DNA from: a virus | Lineage: Duplodnaviria; Caudoviricetes | Reading direction: 5' to 3' (one strand) | DNA: 64,000 bases | IMG/VR virus record: IMGVR_UViG_3300033463_006479 | Location: 1-64,000 of that record | Part shown: positions 19,117-29,009 of the stretch, in pieces | How the letters are laid out: each line of letters begins with the position of its first letter | How positions within the stretch are numbered: position 1 is the first letter of the stretch | Translations under genes and position numbers: made by a program | Notes under the pieces: model-generated | What the model saw: the letters and a program-made list of their open reading frames with translations, nothing else | Database searches by the model: none | Told to the model about the DNA's origin: nothing

Positions 19117-19737
19117 TTATTCTTTATACCAAGCAGGCTCAAAATGTTCAAGCGGAGAGCCGACAAACATATCGCTCATATCAACATCGTTTTTGACTTT
19201 CCATTTTGATAGGTCTCCGTTGAAATTGGAGTGTGAGAACATACCGCACATATTTTCCACATTTGAAACATACCAATCCGATATGTCCCCGTTGAAACAG
19301 CTGTTGGCAAACATACAGTACATATTGACAACATTTTCAACATTCCATTTTGAGATATCCCCTTCAAATTCCGATTCATTGAACATAAATGCCATAGTTT
19401 CAACATTACGCACATCCCATCTGGAAATGTCGCCGTTGAATGACGAACTTTCAAACATACCGCCCATATCTACAACATTTGAAACATCCCATCTGGAAAT
19501 GTCGCCATTGAATGTTGAGTTCGCAAACAAACTGGGCATATATTTAACCTTATGCGTGAGAATGAAGTTGAGGTCTGCGTTGTCACCATATTTGTCTATG
19601 GCCTCATTCACAATCTCCTCTATGGTTTCATCGGTTGCGACAACAAGGTTTGCCTTTATGTCGGAAAGCCTTGTTTTTGTAATCGGCTGTATGTTCAGTT
19701 TCTCGTTTATATATTTGCTTGAATTGAGTATTTTCAT
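19117..19737 (-). CDS. Tagged DUF285 repeat protein
   Basis: Same architecture as 18340-19107. Confidence 0.85.
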   Translation of the reverse strand: MKILNSSKYINEKLNIQPITKTRLSDIKANLVVATDETIEEIVNEAIDKYGDNADLNFILTHKVKYMPSLFANSTFNGDISRWDVSNVVDMGGMFESSSFNGDISRWDVRNVETMAFMFNESEFEGDISKWNVENVVNMYCMFANSCFNGDISDWYVSNVENMCGMFSHSNFNGDLSKWKVKNDVDMSDMFVGSPLEHFEPAWYKE

Positions 19738-19740
19738 AGT

Positions 19741-20442
19741 TTAGCTTATTAGTTTTCCTTTCAGCCAACTTGGTTTATCTTTTGGTAAAACAAGGTTTGG
19801 ATTATTAATGCAATTAAAATCCCCGCCAACTTTCTGTGGTGCTCCTTCAAGTGAGGTCAGTTTATTATTATCGCAATCAAAATCACCACCAACTTTCTTC
19901 GGTGCGCCTTTAAGTGCGGTAAGTTTATTGTTATTGCAATAAAAGCCCCCACTGACTTCATTCGGTGCACCTTCAAGCGAGGTCAGATTATTATAACTGC
20001 AATAAAAAACTCTACCAACCACACTCGGAGCTCCTTCAAGGGTGGTTAGTTTATTATTAATGCAATTAAAACCTCCGTCAACTTCCTGCGGTGCGCCTAC
20101 AAGCGTGGTCATATTATTATGACCGCAATAAAAATTTCCACCCACATTCTTCGGTGCGCCTTCAAGGGTTGTAAGTTCGTTATAACTGCAATCAAAATTA
20201 CCGCCGACCTTCCCGAATCTTATTTTAAGTTTTCCATCAGTGACCATATCCTCTGGTATAATAACATCACCTTCACAGTCATAACTTTTTGATAATGGAT
20301 TCCATATAAGATTGTTGTCTTTTATGAATCGAATTGTCTCCTCATCAACAGAAGGTTTTTTATAATCGGAAAGCCTATCCTTTGTGACTGGCTGTATGGT
20401 AAGTTTCTCGTTTATATATTGTTCTGTTTTCAGTATTTTCAT
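19741..20442 (-). CDS. Tagged 21-aa LRR protein
   Basis: True start is MKILKTEQYINEKL at 20442. Confidence 0.85.
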   Translation of the reverse strand: MKILKTEQYINEKLTIQPVTKDRLSDYKKPSVDEETIRFIKDNNLIWNPLSKSYDCEGDVIIPEDMVTDGKLKIRFGKVGGNFDCSYNELTTLEGAPKNVGGNFYCGHNNMTTLVGAPQEVDGGFNCINNKLTTLEGAPSVVGRVFYCSYNNLTSLEGAPNEVSGGFYCNNNKLTALKGAPKKVGGDFDCDNNKLTSLEGAPQKVGGDFNCINNPNLVLPKDKPSWLKGKLIS

Positions 20443-20447
20443 AATGA

Positions 20448-21110
20448 TTAAATCTTTTCCCAGACAAAGATGAAAAGTTGCAGGAAACATACAACTTCCA
20501 TAAAGAATATCCACGCCTTGTTGTCCACGTCTACGGAATAGTCTGGATTGTAAACCCCAGGTGTAACCACACCCACCAGTATGAACATTACATACGACAA
20601 AACCATACTGGCAATCGCTATGACGCTCGTCATACAAAGATATGCGGTGATAAGGCCGATGCAGATAAGCGAACTTATATAATGTATAGGTCTTGCCCAT
20701 CCGTACTTCAAAAAGTTGCTCGGCTTGAATTTCTCAATGAGTTCCTTTATGAACTCCTTGAACGATTTTTTCTCAACAGACGGCTTGTAGCTGTCGTATG
20801 TCGGTTTCGGGACGTAGGTGTCCTCCTGCTGACGCTTCGGACCAGACTTGTACCTGCAACTCACGCCAATCATAACCATACAAAGAACAACCACAATCGG
20901 AATCCAGCACAAGTTCTTCGGTGTTACCGTGAACCACCAGAAACCGAATGGTATCGCTGTCAATGCGCACCACGCACTGAACAGCCAGTCCCACTTGTTC
21001 GGAAGCAGGTAATATGTTTCTGAAATTGAAACTGGCACGCCGTACTTGAACAATATGAATATAATGTAGGCGAAGCACAATACTATCGAAATTATAGGTA
21101 ATGAAATCAT
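20448..21110 (-). CDS. Multi-pass membrane protein (untagged)
   Basis: Several hydrophobic helices and a YGVPVSISETYYLL motif. Confidence 0.75.
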   Translation of the reverse strand: MISLPIISIVLCFAYIIFILFKYGVPVSISETYYLLPNKWDWLFSAWCALTAIPFGFWWFTVTPKNLCWIPIVVVLCMVMIGVSCRYKSGPKRQQEDTYVPKPTYDSYKPSVEKKSFKEFIKELIEKFKPSNFLKYGWARPIHYISSLICIGLITAYLCMTSVIAIASMVLSYVMFILVGVVTPGVYNPDYSVDVDNKAWIFFMEVVCFLQLFIFVWEKI

Positions 21111-21122
21111 ATTTTTTTACTT

Positions 21123-21518
21123 TTATTTATCTGTTTTTATTTCGTGGATTACGAGTGTTGTCGGAACGCCGCCCTTCTTAACCTCATCCCACAAATCGAA
21201 TCTGTTATATATGGTCGATGCCGTTGTTGAATTGAGTGTGTTCGCACCGAATATGAACGGCAGTGCTTCCTTTAACAAATCCCTTGTAATATCGTCCTTG
21301 TCTTTTGCGATTCCGTACATAATATTGTTTAGAATACGCAGCTGGGTTTCGCTCGCATCAATGGTGATAAGCTGTCTTTTGTCGCCATACATACGATTTG
21401 TATATAACTCAAACTTGGCGGTTTTCCACATATTGTCAAGCTCGGATGCGTTATCATCCATAATCTTGTCCTTGTATTCGTCAAGCAGTTCTTTTGTAAC
21501 GGGTTTTATTGTGAGCAT
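21123..21518 (-). CDS. Short-tag protein, unknown domain
   Basis: Starts MLTIKPVTKELL. Confidence 0.65.
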   Translation of the reverse strand: MLTIKPVTKELLDEYKDKIMDDNASELDNMWKTAKFELYTNRMYGDKRQLITIDASETQLRILNNIMYGIAKDKDDITRDLLKEALPFIFGANTLNSTTASTIYNRFDLWDEVKKGGVPTTLVIHEIKTDK

Positions 21519-21532
21519 TTTTGTTCTGTGTT

Positions 21533-22294
21533 TTAATATTTGAAGTGTGGCCGCTTTCCATCTCCGCAAGCCAAGTTCATCGGTGAAATATGGAACATAT
21601 CAATGTGCGTTATGACATTTGACACATCCCACCCAGACAAGTCTTGGAAAAACTTTGCGGCGTGGTTGAACATCTTATCCATATTTATGACATTTTTGAC
21701 ATTCCATCTTGATATGTCGCAATTAAAGGCATACGTGTACTCAAACATATAACTCATATTCCGTACATTTGAAACATCCCAATCAGATATATCACCATTA
21801 AATTCTGAATGATTGAACATATTTAACATAGAGTTTACATTTCCGACATCCCACTTTGAAATATCTCCTTTAAATTCTGAATATTCAAACATACCGCTCA
21901 TACCCTTTACGCTTGAAACATCCCAGTTTGAAATGTCCTTGTTGAATTTTGATTTTGAAAACATAAACCTCATACTTTTTACATTTGACACATCCCATTT
22001 GGAAATATCTCCATTGAATTTTGTGTCGTGAAACATACCATTCATTTTTTCCACATTTGACACATCCCATTTTGAAATGTCGCCATCAAACAGCTTAAAT
22101 GCTTCACATACATCACCCAAATATGACATATCCGTTATTGCTGATACATCAATATCGTTGAGGCTACAGCAATATCCTTTTTCCGATATGTGTTTACTTA
22201 TAATTTCCGCAAGTTCCAATTTGTCTTTTGGAAAGTATTTGTATGGCCGAAGTTCGGCAAGTCTTGTTTTAGTGATTGGTTTGATTGATAGCAT
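21533..22294 (-). CDS. Short-tag DUF285 repeat protein
   Basis: MLSIKPITKTRL followed by repeats. Confidence 0.85.
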   Translation of the reverse strand: MLSIKPITKTRLAELRPYKYFPKDKLELAEIISKHISEKGYCCSLNDIDVSAITDMSYLGDVCEAFKLFDGDISKWDVSNVEKMNGMFHDTKFNGDISKWDVSNVKSMRFMFSKSKFNKDISNWDVSSVKGMSGMFEYSEFKGDISKWDVGNVNSMLNMFNHSEFNGDISDWDVSNVRNMSYMFEYTYAFNCDISRWNVKNVINMDKMFNHAAKFFQDLSGWDVSNVITHIDMFHISPMNLACGDGKRPHFKY

Positions 22295-22314
22295 TTTTGT
22301 TCTGTTTTCTATAT

Positions 22315-22917
22315 TTATTGTCTGAAGTGTGGCTGCATTTCCCTTCCGTTACCGAATGCCATAGGCGAATAGTCAAACATAGAATCGTGTACTTTCACTT
22401 TTGCTACATTCCATCCAGACAAATCTTGCTCAAAAATTGTTGCGTGATTGAACATCCTATACATATTTCTTACATTTGAAACATCCCATTTGGAAATGTC
22501 TTGGTTGAAATTTGAGTTGTATTCAAACATACGAGCCATATGCTCCACATTGGAAACATTCCATTTTGTTATGTCTCCGTTGAAATTTGAATAACCGAAC
22601 ATATTGGCCATATTAAGAACATTGGAAACATCCCATTTGGATATGTCGCCGTTAAACTCGGATTCAGCAAACATATCAGCCATATTCTTCACATTAGACA
22701 CATTCCATCTGGATATGTCGCCATTGAAATAAGAGCCGTGGAACAAACCGCTCATATCTGTTATGGCAGAAACGTCTATGTCGTTGAGGTCGCAATAATA
22801 GTCTTTGTCAAGACGTTCATCCAATATATCTGCAAGTTCACCAAATGTTCTTGGATGATATTTGTATGGCCGAAGTTCGGCAAGCCTTGTTTTGGTGATT
22901 GGTTTTATTGTGAGCAT
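22315..22917 (-). CDS. Short-tag DUF285 repeat protein
   Basis: MLTIKPITKTRL followed by repeats. Confidence 0.85.
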   Translation of the reverse strand: MLTIKPITKTRLAELRPYKYHPRTFGELADILDERLDKDYYCDLNDIDVSAITDMSGLFHGSYFNGDISRWNVSNVKNMADMFAESEFNGDISKWDVSNVLNMANMFGYSNFNGDITKWNVSNVEHMARMFEYNSNFNQDISKWDVSNVRNMYRMFNHATIFEQDLSGWNVAKVKVHDSMFDYSPMAFGNGREMQPHFRQ

Positions 22918-22919
22918 TT

Positions 22920-23618
22920 TTATACTATATTTCTATGTGCAAATTTCGGTTGTTTTTTCGGTTGTGTCATAAGCGGACTGTGATTGAACATATTGTCGTA
23001 ATTAGTCACCTTACCGACATTCCAACCAGACAAGTCATTGTCAAAGTATATTGCCCCATTGAACATATCAGCCATAATATGCACATTGGAAACATTCCAT
23101 TTGGACAAATCACCATTAAAAAAAGTGGCTGACTGGAACATACCACACATATCTGTAACATTGCCAACATTCCATTTGGATATGTCTCCATTGAATTTTG
23201 AATATGTGAACATATATTTCATAGTTTTCACATTACTCACATCCCATTTTGAAATGTCACCGTTGAAACTTGAACCATAAAACATATCCACCATATTTGT
23301 AACATTGGAAACATCCCACATTGAAATATCGCCGTCAAATTTTGAGTTTGTAAACATATTATACATTGTTTCCACATTTGAAACATCCCATTTGGAAATA
23401 TCCCCGTTAAATGACCTCAACGCATTGTTTGCATTGAATATGTTTGTCATATCGGTTATTGCGGAAACGTCTATGTCGTTCAAATCACAACAGTTTCCTT
23501 TTAACAATATGCGTCCTATTATGAGTTCTATCAGCTTCATTCTCGTTTTAGGATAATACTTGTAATTGCGTTTGTATCCTAATAATCTCGTCTTTGTGAT
23601 AGGTTTGATTGTGAGCAT
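22920..23618 (-). CDS. Short-tag DUF285 repeat protein
   Basis: MLTIKPITKTRL followed by repeats. Confidence 0.85.
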   Translation of the reverse strand: MLTIKPITKTRLLGYKRNYKYYPKTRMKLIELIIGRILLKGNCCDLNDIDVSAITDMTNIFNANNALRSFNGDISKWDVSNVETMYNMFTNSKFDGDISMWDVSNVTNMVDMFYGSSFNGDISKWDVSNVKTMKYMFTYSKFNGDISKWNVGNVTDMCGMFQSATFFNGDLSKWNVSNVHIMADMFNGAIYFDNDLSGWNVGKVTNYDNMFNHSPLMTQPKKQPKFAHRNIV

Positions 23619-23631
23619 TTTGTTCTGTGTT

Positions 23632-24273
23632 TTAATTGAATTTCGGTTGTTTGCTCGGTTGGTTTTTCAACGGACACATAAGATACATTTGGCTGCGCTC
23701 TTTTTCATACATTATCACATTTTTGACATTCCAGCCAGATATGTCTTGGTCAAATTTTTCGGCAAACATAAACATAAAATCCATTATCTCAACATTTGAA
23801 ACGTCCCACTTTGATATGTCGCCATTGAACTCCGATTCCTTAAACATTTGCCGCATAACCGCACAGCCAGAAACATCCCATTTTGAAATATCATTGTTGA
23901 ATACCGAGTTCAGAAACATACCTTCCATATTATACACCTTGGAAACATTCCATCTGGAAATATCCCCGTTGAATTTGGAATATGCGAACATAAAACGCAT
24001 ATCCTCAACATTTGAAACGTCCCATTGTGATATGCTTCCGTTGAACGGCGAATGATAAAACACTTCACGCATATCGGTTATGCCAGACACATCTATATTG
24101 TTCAAGTTGCAATTCACGCCCTCAACTTCTATCCGTTTGTCTATAAGCTGTTTCAATTCATCTTTGTTTTTTGGAAATGCAGTGTATTTCGATATGGCAT
24201 TAAGCCTTGATTTTTGTATTGGCTTTATGTCAAGTTTTTCATTTATGTATGTTTGTGTGTCAAATATTCTCAT
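23632..24273 (-). CDS. Tagged DUF285 repeat protein
   Basis: MRIFDTQTYINEKLDIKP followed by repeats. Confidence 0.85.
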   Translation of the reverse strand: MRIFDTQTYINEKLDIKPIQKSRLNAISKYTAFPKNKDELKQLIDKRIEVEGVNCNLNNIDVSGITDMREVFYHSPFNGSISQWDVSNVEDMRFMFAYSKFNGDISRWNVSKVYNMEGMFLNSVFNNDISKWDVSGCAVMRQMFKESEFNGDISKWDVSNVEIMDFMFMFAEKFDQDISGWNVKNVIMYEKERSQMYLMCPLKNQPSKQPKFN

Positions 24274-24350
24274 TTGTAAAATTTCGGTTGTTTTTCTGGA
24301 TGTTGTTCAAGTGGCGAATCGTTGCAGAAATTATAAAAGTTCTTTGCCAT

Positions 24351-24461
24351 CGGAATTATCTCTTTTAGTCTTGTAGATTATTTATAGGACTTCAAGTTCA
24401 ATAGTCGCTTCATTGCTGTCCGAGTGCTCACCAGTTTTCTTGGGTTTTGCAAACGGTTGGT
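24351..24461 (-). mobile_element. Orphan right end of a type-1 TnpB element
   Basis: Matches the tnpB 3' ends and inverted repeats at 10991-11090 and 62006-62103. Flanked downstream by a DUF285 C-cap fragment (SPLEQHPEKQPKF). Confidence 0.8.
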
Positions 24462-24563
24462 TCATCAACTTCTGGGTTTTTCAAATCAACAAGCCTTTCT
24501 TTTAGTAACTGGCTTGATGTTCAGTTTCTCGTTTATGTATGTGTCTGACTTCAGTATTCTCAT
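24462..24563 (-). pseudogene. Truncated, frameshifted tagged LRR gene
   Basis: MRILKSDTYINEKLNIKPVTK, then a frameshifted ERLVDLK.PEVDE fused to the TnpB end. Confidence 0.75.
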
Positions 24564-24566
24564 AGT

Positions 24567-25460
24567 TTAACTTATTATTTCTCCTTTCAGCCAACTTGGT
24601 TTATCTTCTGGTAAAACAAGGTTTGGATTATCACTGCAATAAAAATCACCACCAACTTTCTTCGGTGCGCCTTCAAGGGTGGCCAGATTATTGCCACTGC
24701 AATAAAAATCTCTGCCAACCACATTCGGTACACCTTCAAGCGATGTCAGTTTATTATAACTGCAACTAAAATCCTCACCGACTTCTTGCGGTGCGCCTTC
24801 AAGAGTGGTCAGTTTATTATAACTACAACTAAAATTCCCACTGACTTCCTGCGGTGCGCCATCAAGAGTGGCCAGTTCATTAAAACTGCAACCAAAATCT
24901 CTACCGATTTTATTCGGTGCGCTTTCAAGTGTGGTCAGATTATTATGACTGCAATTAAAATACCCGCCAACTTCCTTCGGTGCACCTTCAAGCGATGTCA
25001 GTTTATTGTTACTGCAATAAAAATTTCCACCAACTTCCTGCGGTGCACCTTCAAGGGTTGTAATTTCGTTATAACTGCAATCAAAATCAACACCGACTTT
25101 TCTTGGTGCGCCATCAAGGGTGGTCAGATTATTACCACCGCAATAAAAACTTCCACCAACTTTTTGCGGTGCACCCTCAAGGGTGGTCAGTTTATTACTA
25201 CCGCAATCAAAATACCTGCCAACATTTCCGAATCTTATTTTGAGTTTTCCATCTGTAACTATGTCTTCCGACACATCAACATCACCTTCACAGTCATAGC
25301 TCAATGTTTTAGGATTCCAAACCAAGTAGTTGTCTTTTATGAATCGCCTTGTTTTTTTATCAACAGAAGGCTCTTCTTTCATTTTGGAAAGTCTGTCCTT
25401 TGTGACTGGTTTGATTACCAGTTTCTCGTTTATATATGTGTCTGACTTCAGTATTCTCAT
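24567..25460 (-). CDS. Tagged 21-aa LRR protein
   Basis: Tag, N-cap, LRR repeats and NPNLVLP..KPSW C-cap. Confidence 0.85.
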   Translation of the reverse strand: MRILKSDTYINEKLVIKPVTKDRLSKMKEEPSVDKKTRRFIKDNYLVWNPKTLSYDCEGDVDVSEDIVTDGKLKIRFGNVGRYFDCGSNKLTTLEGAPQKVGGSFYCGGNNLTTLDGAPRKVGVDFDCSYNEITTLEGAPQEVGGNFYCSNNKLTSLEGAPKEVGGYFNCSHNNLTTLESAPNKIGRDFGCSFNELATLDGAPQEVSGNFSCSYNKLTTLEGAPQEVGEDFSCSYNKLTSLEGVPNVVGRDFYCSGNNLATLEGAPKKVGGDFYCSDNPNLVLPEDKPSWLKGEIIS

Positions 25461-25463
25461 AGT

Positions 25464-26165
25464 TTATTTTATTATTTCCCCTTTCAACCAGCTCGGTTTT
25501 TCTTTTGGTAAAACAAGGTTTGGATTATAATAGCAATTAAAATCCCCACCAACTTTCTTCGGTGCGACATCAATGGTGGTCAGATTATTATGAGCGCAAT
25601 TAAAAACCCCACCGACTTCCTTCGGTGCACCTTCAAGATTGGTCAGATTGTTACCAATGCAACTAAAATCCCCACAAACTTCATTCGGTGCTCCTTCAAG
25701 AGTGGTCAGTTTATTGTTATTGCAAGCAAACTCCCCGCCGATTTTATTCGGCGCACCTTCAAGCGAGGTCAGTTTATTAAAACTGCAATAAAAACCCCCG
25801 CATACTTCTTGTGGTGCGCCTTCAAGCGAGGTCAGATTATTATGACTGCAATCAAAATACCCGCCTACTTTTTTCGGTGCTCCTTCAAGAGTGGTTAAGT
25901 TGCTATAACTGCAATCAAAAACACCACCGACATTTCCGAATCTTATTTTCAGTTTTCCACCAGTGACTATATTCTTTGATACCTCAACATCATCATCACA
26001 ATCATAACTTTTTGTTACTGGATTCCATTTTAATTTATTTTCTATTATGAAATCCTTTATATAGTCATCAATTTCTGGGTTTTTCAAATCAACAAGACGT
26101 TCCCTTGTAACTGGCTGTATAACCAATTTCTCGTTTATATATTCGTTTGAATCCAATATTTTCAT
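25464..26165 (-). CDS. Tagged 21-aa LRR protein
   Basis: Starts MKILDSNEY at 26165. Confidence 0.85.
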   Translation of the reverse strand: MKILDSNEYINEKLVIQPVTRERLVDLKNPEIDDYIKDFIIENKLKWNPVTKSYDCDDDVEVSKNIVTGGKLKIRFGNVGGVFDCSYSNLTTLEGAPKKVGGYFDCSHNNLTSLEGAPQEVCGGFYCSFNKLTSLEGAPNKIGGEFACNNNKLTTLEGAPNEVCGDFSCIGNNLTNLEGAPKEVGGVFNCAHNNLTTIDVAPKKVGGDFNCYYNPNLVLPKEKPSWLKGEIIK

Positions 26166-26191
26166 AGTTTTATATATGTTTATATTTAATA

Positions 26192-26833
26192 TCAACTTAT
26201 TATTTCACCCTTCAGCCAACTTGGGTTTTCTTTTGGTAAAACAAGGTTTTGGTTATAACCGCAATAAAAATTCCCACAAACAACATTCGGTACGCCCTCA
26301 AGGGTGGTCAAATTATTACCACGGCAACTAAAATCCCCACCAACTTTTTGCGGTGCTCCTTCAAGCGAAGTCAGTTGATTATTGTTACAAATAAAATGCC
26401 CACCAACTTTTTGCGGTGCTCCTTCAAGCGTGGTCAGTTGATTATTGTTACAATTAAAATGCCCACCAACTTTTTGCGGTGCGCCTTCAAGCGAGGTCAG
26501 ATTATTAAAACTGCAATAAAAATCCCCACCGACTTTTTGCGGTGCTCCTTCAAGTGTGGTCAGATTATTACCACGGCAAATAAAATCACCATCGACTTTC
26601 CCAAATCTTATTTTAAGTTTTCCGTCAGTAACTATATCCTCTGATACGATAACATCATCTTCACAGTCATAGCCTATTGTTTTTGTATTCCATTTGAAAT
26701 GGTTTTCTTCTATGAATTGCCTTGCTTTTTCATCAACAGAAGGCTCTTCTTTCATTTTGGAAAGTCTGTCTTTTGAAACTGGCCGTATGTTCAGTTTTTC
26801 GTTTATGTATTCGTTTGAATCGAGTATCTTCAT
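26192..26833 (-). CDS. Tagged 21-aa LRR protein
   Basis: Tag plus LRR repeats. Confidence 0.85.
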   Translation of the reverse strand: MKILDSNEYINEKLNIRPVSKDRLSKMKEEPSVDEKARQFIEENHFKWNTKTIGYDCEDDVIVSEDIVTDGKLKIRFGKVDGDFICRGNNLTTLEGAPQKVGGDFYCSFNNLTSLEGAPQKVGGHFNCNNNQLTTLEGAPQKVGGHFICNNNQLTSLEGAPQKVGGDFSCRGNNLTTLEGVPNVVCGNFYCGYNQNLVLPKENPSWLKGEIIS

Positions 26834-26836
26834 TGA

Positions 26837-27583
26837 TTAACGTATTATTCTTCCTTTAATCCAACTCGGTTTTTCTTTTGGTAAAACCAGATTTGGGTTA
26901 TCTTCACAAACAAAATTCCCATATATTACATCTGGTGCTCCATCAAGTGTTGTAAGTTCATTATCACTACAATAAAAACTCCCACCAACCTCATTCGGTG
27001 CGCCTTTAAGTGATGTGAGCTTGTTTTTGCTGCAATAAAACCAAGTAACAACTTGTGGTGCACCCTCAAGCGTTATTAGTTGATTGTCCTTACATTCAAA
27101 TTCGCCATTAACTTTTTGCGGTGCACTTTCAAGCGTTATTAATTTATTGGTATTGCATAAGAAATCACCGCCAATCATTTGCGGTGCACCTTTAAGTGAT
27201 ACAAGTGAATTTGAACTGCAATCAAAACTTCCGCCAACATCTTGTGGTGCGCCTTCAAGTGTTGTCAATTTGTTGTTATGACAATAAAAGCAAAAAACAC
27301 TTGTTGGTGCGCCTTCAAGTGTTGTCAAGCCAAGGTCAGAACAGTCAAAATTATCTTTTATTGCGCCAAACTTAATTATTAGTTTTCCATTATGCACTAA
27401 ATCTGATTCGGCTTTAACACTTTTGTTACAATCAAATCTTTTTGTTTTTTCATTCCATATAAGATTATATTTTTTGATGAGGTCTTTGTTCACCTCAACA
27501 AATAAACCACCAAGTCTATCTTTTGTGATTGGCTTGATGTTCAGTTTCTCGTTTATGTATGTGTCTGACTTCAGTATTCTCAT
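26837..27583 (-). CDS. Tagged 21-aa LRR protein (divergent)
   Basis: Tag plus LRR repeats. Confidence 0.85.
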   Translation of the reverse strand: MRILKSDTYINEKLNIKPITKDRLGGLFVEVNKDLIKKYNLIWNEKTKRFDCNKSVKAESDLVHNGKLIIKFGAIKDNFDCSDLGLTTLEGAPTSVFCFYCHNNKLTTLEGAPQDVGGSFDCSSNSLVSLKGAPQMIGGDFLCNTNKLITLESAPQKVNGEFECKDNQLITLEGAPQVVTWFYCSKNKLTSLKGAPNEVGGSFYCSDNELTTLDGAPDVIYGNFVCEDNPNLVLPKEKPSWIKGRIIR

Positions 27584-27586
27584 AAA

Positions 27587-28225
27587 TTAACAGATTATTT
27601 TCCCTTTTATCCAACTTGGCTTTCTTTTTGGCAAAACAAGGTTTGGATTATTATTGCAAATAAAATTACCACCAACATTATTCGGTGCTCCGTCAAGTGT
27701 GGTCAGATTATTGTTACTGCAATTAAAATAACCGCCGATTTCCTTCGGTGAGCCTTCAAGCGAGGTCAGTTTATTGTTATGACAATAAAAATGTCCACCA
27801 ACTTTCTTCGGTGCTCCTTCAAGCGAGGTCAGTTTATTATAACTGCAACTAAAATATCCGCCAACCTTTTTTGGTGCTCCTTCAATGGTAGTCAGACCAT
27901 TGCCACTGCAATCAAAATCTTTACCTATTTCTTGAGGTGCTCCTTCAAGTGTGGTCAATTTATTGTTATTGCAAACAAAATACCCGCCGACCTTCCCGAA
28001 TCCTATTTTCAGTTTTCCGTCAGTGACTATTTCTTCTGATACATTAATATTACCTGCACAGTCATAACTTTTTGTGATTGGATTCCATATAAGATTGTTG
28101 TTTTCTATGAATTGCTTTGTCTTTTCGTCAACTTCTGGGTCTTTCAAATCAACAAGACGTTCTCTTGTAACTGGCTGTATGGTCAGCTTCTCGTTTATGT
28201 ATTCGTTTGAATCAAGTATTTTCAT
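27587..28225 (-). CDS. Tagged 21-aa LRR protein
   Basis: Tag plus LRR repeats. Confidence 0.85.
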   Translation of the reverse strand: MKILDSNEYINEKLTIQPVTRERLVDLKDPEVDEKTKQFIENNNLIWNPITKSYDCAGNINVSEEIVTDGKLKIGFGKVGGYFVCNNNKLTTLEGAPQEIGKDFDCSGNGLTTIEGAPKKVGGYFSCSYNKLTSLEGAPKKVGGHFYCHNNKLTSLEGSPKEIGGYFNCSNNNLTTLDGAPNNVGGNFICNNNPNLVLPKRKPSWIKGKIIC

Positions 28226-28228
28226 ACC

Positions 28229-28999
28229 TTAACGCTTTATTTTTCCATTAATCCAACTCGGCTTCTTTTTGGGTAAAACCAAATTTGGATTGCCACAACA
28301 CCAAAAATCCTTGCCAACATATTGTGGTGCTCCTTCAAGTGATATGAGGTTGTTGTAAGAACAGTCAAAATTACCATCAATCTTTTTTGGTGCGCCTTCA
28401 AGTGAGGTTAGTTTATTATTAAAACAAAAAAAATTACCAACTTTTTGCGGTGCTCCTTTAAGTGATTCCAAATCATTATAACTGCAATCAAATCCGCCAT
28501 CAACTATTTTTGGCGCACCCTCAAGCGTTTTCAAATTATTGCTACTACAATCAAAATATCCGCCGACTTTTTGCGGTGCTCCTTCAAGTGTTGTAAGATT
28601 ATTATGATTGCAATAAAAATCACCACCAACTTTTTGCGGTGCGCCTTTAAGAGATTTGAAATTATTATAATTACAATAGAAATTACCTTCTACTTTTTGC
28701 GGTGCGCCTTCAAGTGATTCCAATTCAAGCCCGCCACAATCAAAATTGCCTTTTACATTTCCGAATTTGATTGTGAATTTTCCATCATCAACAATACAAT
28801 CATTTATTCTAATTTTAATACTGCTATCACAATCATAACTTTTTGTAAACGGATTCCATTTAAGTTTGTGATATTCTATGAATGCCATTGTCACAGCATC
28901 AACAGCTGGTTTTTTGCCATAATCAGTAAGTTTTGTCTTTGTTACTGGACTGATGTTCAGTTTCTCGCTTATGTATTCGTTTGAATTAAGTATTTTCAT
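28229..28999 (-). CDS. Tagged 21-aa LRR protein
   Basis: Tag plus LRR repeats. Confidence 0.85.
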   Translation of the reverse strand: MKILNSNEYISEKLNISPVTKTKLTDYGKKPAVDAVTMAFIEYHKLKWNPFTKSYDCDSSIKIRINDCIVDDGKFTIKFGNVKGNFDCGGLELESLEGAPQKVEGNFYCNYNNFKSLKGAPQKVGGDFYCNHNNLTTLEGAPQKVGGYFDCSSNNLKTLEGAPKIVDGGFDCSYNDLESLKGAPQKVGNFFCFNNKLTSLEGAPKKIDGNFDCSYNNLISLEGAPQYVGKDFWCCGNPNLVLPKKKPSWINGKIKR

Positions 29000-29009
29000 A
29001 GCATTTTAA

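Noticed and set aside
19741-20700. Longer ORF-track starts (also 9620, 15165, 17387, 21569, 26195, 32033, 34559, 37645)
   Set aside because: The extensions overlap upstream genes, terminators or promoters, and the conserved tag marks the real start.
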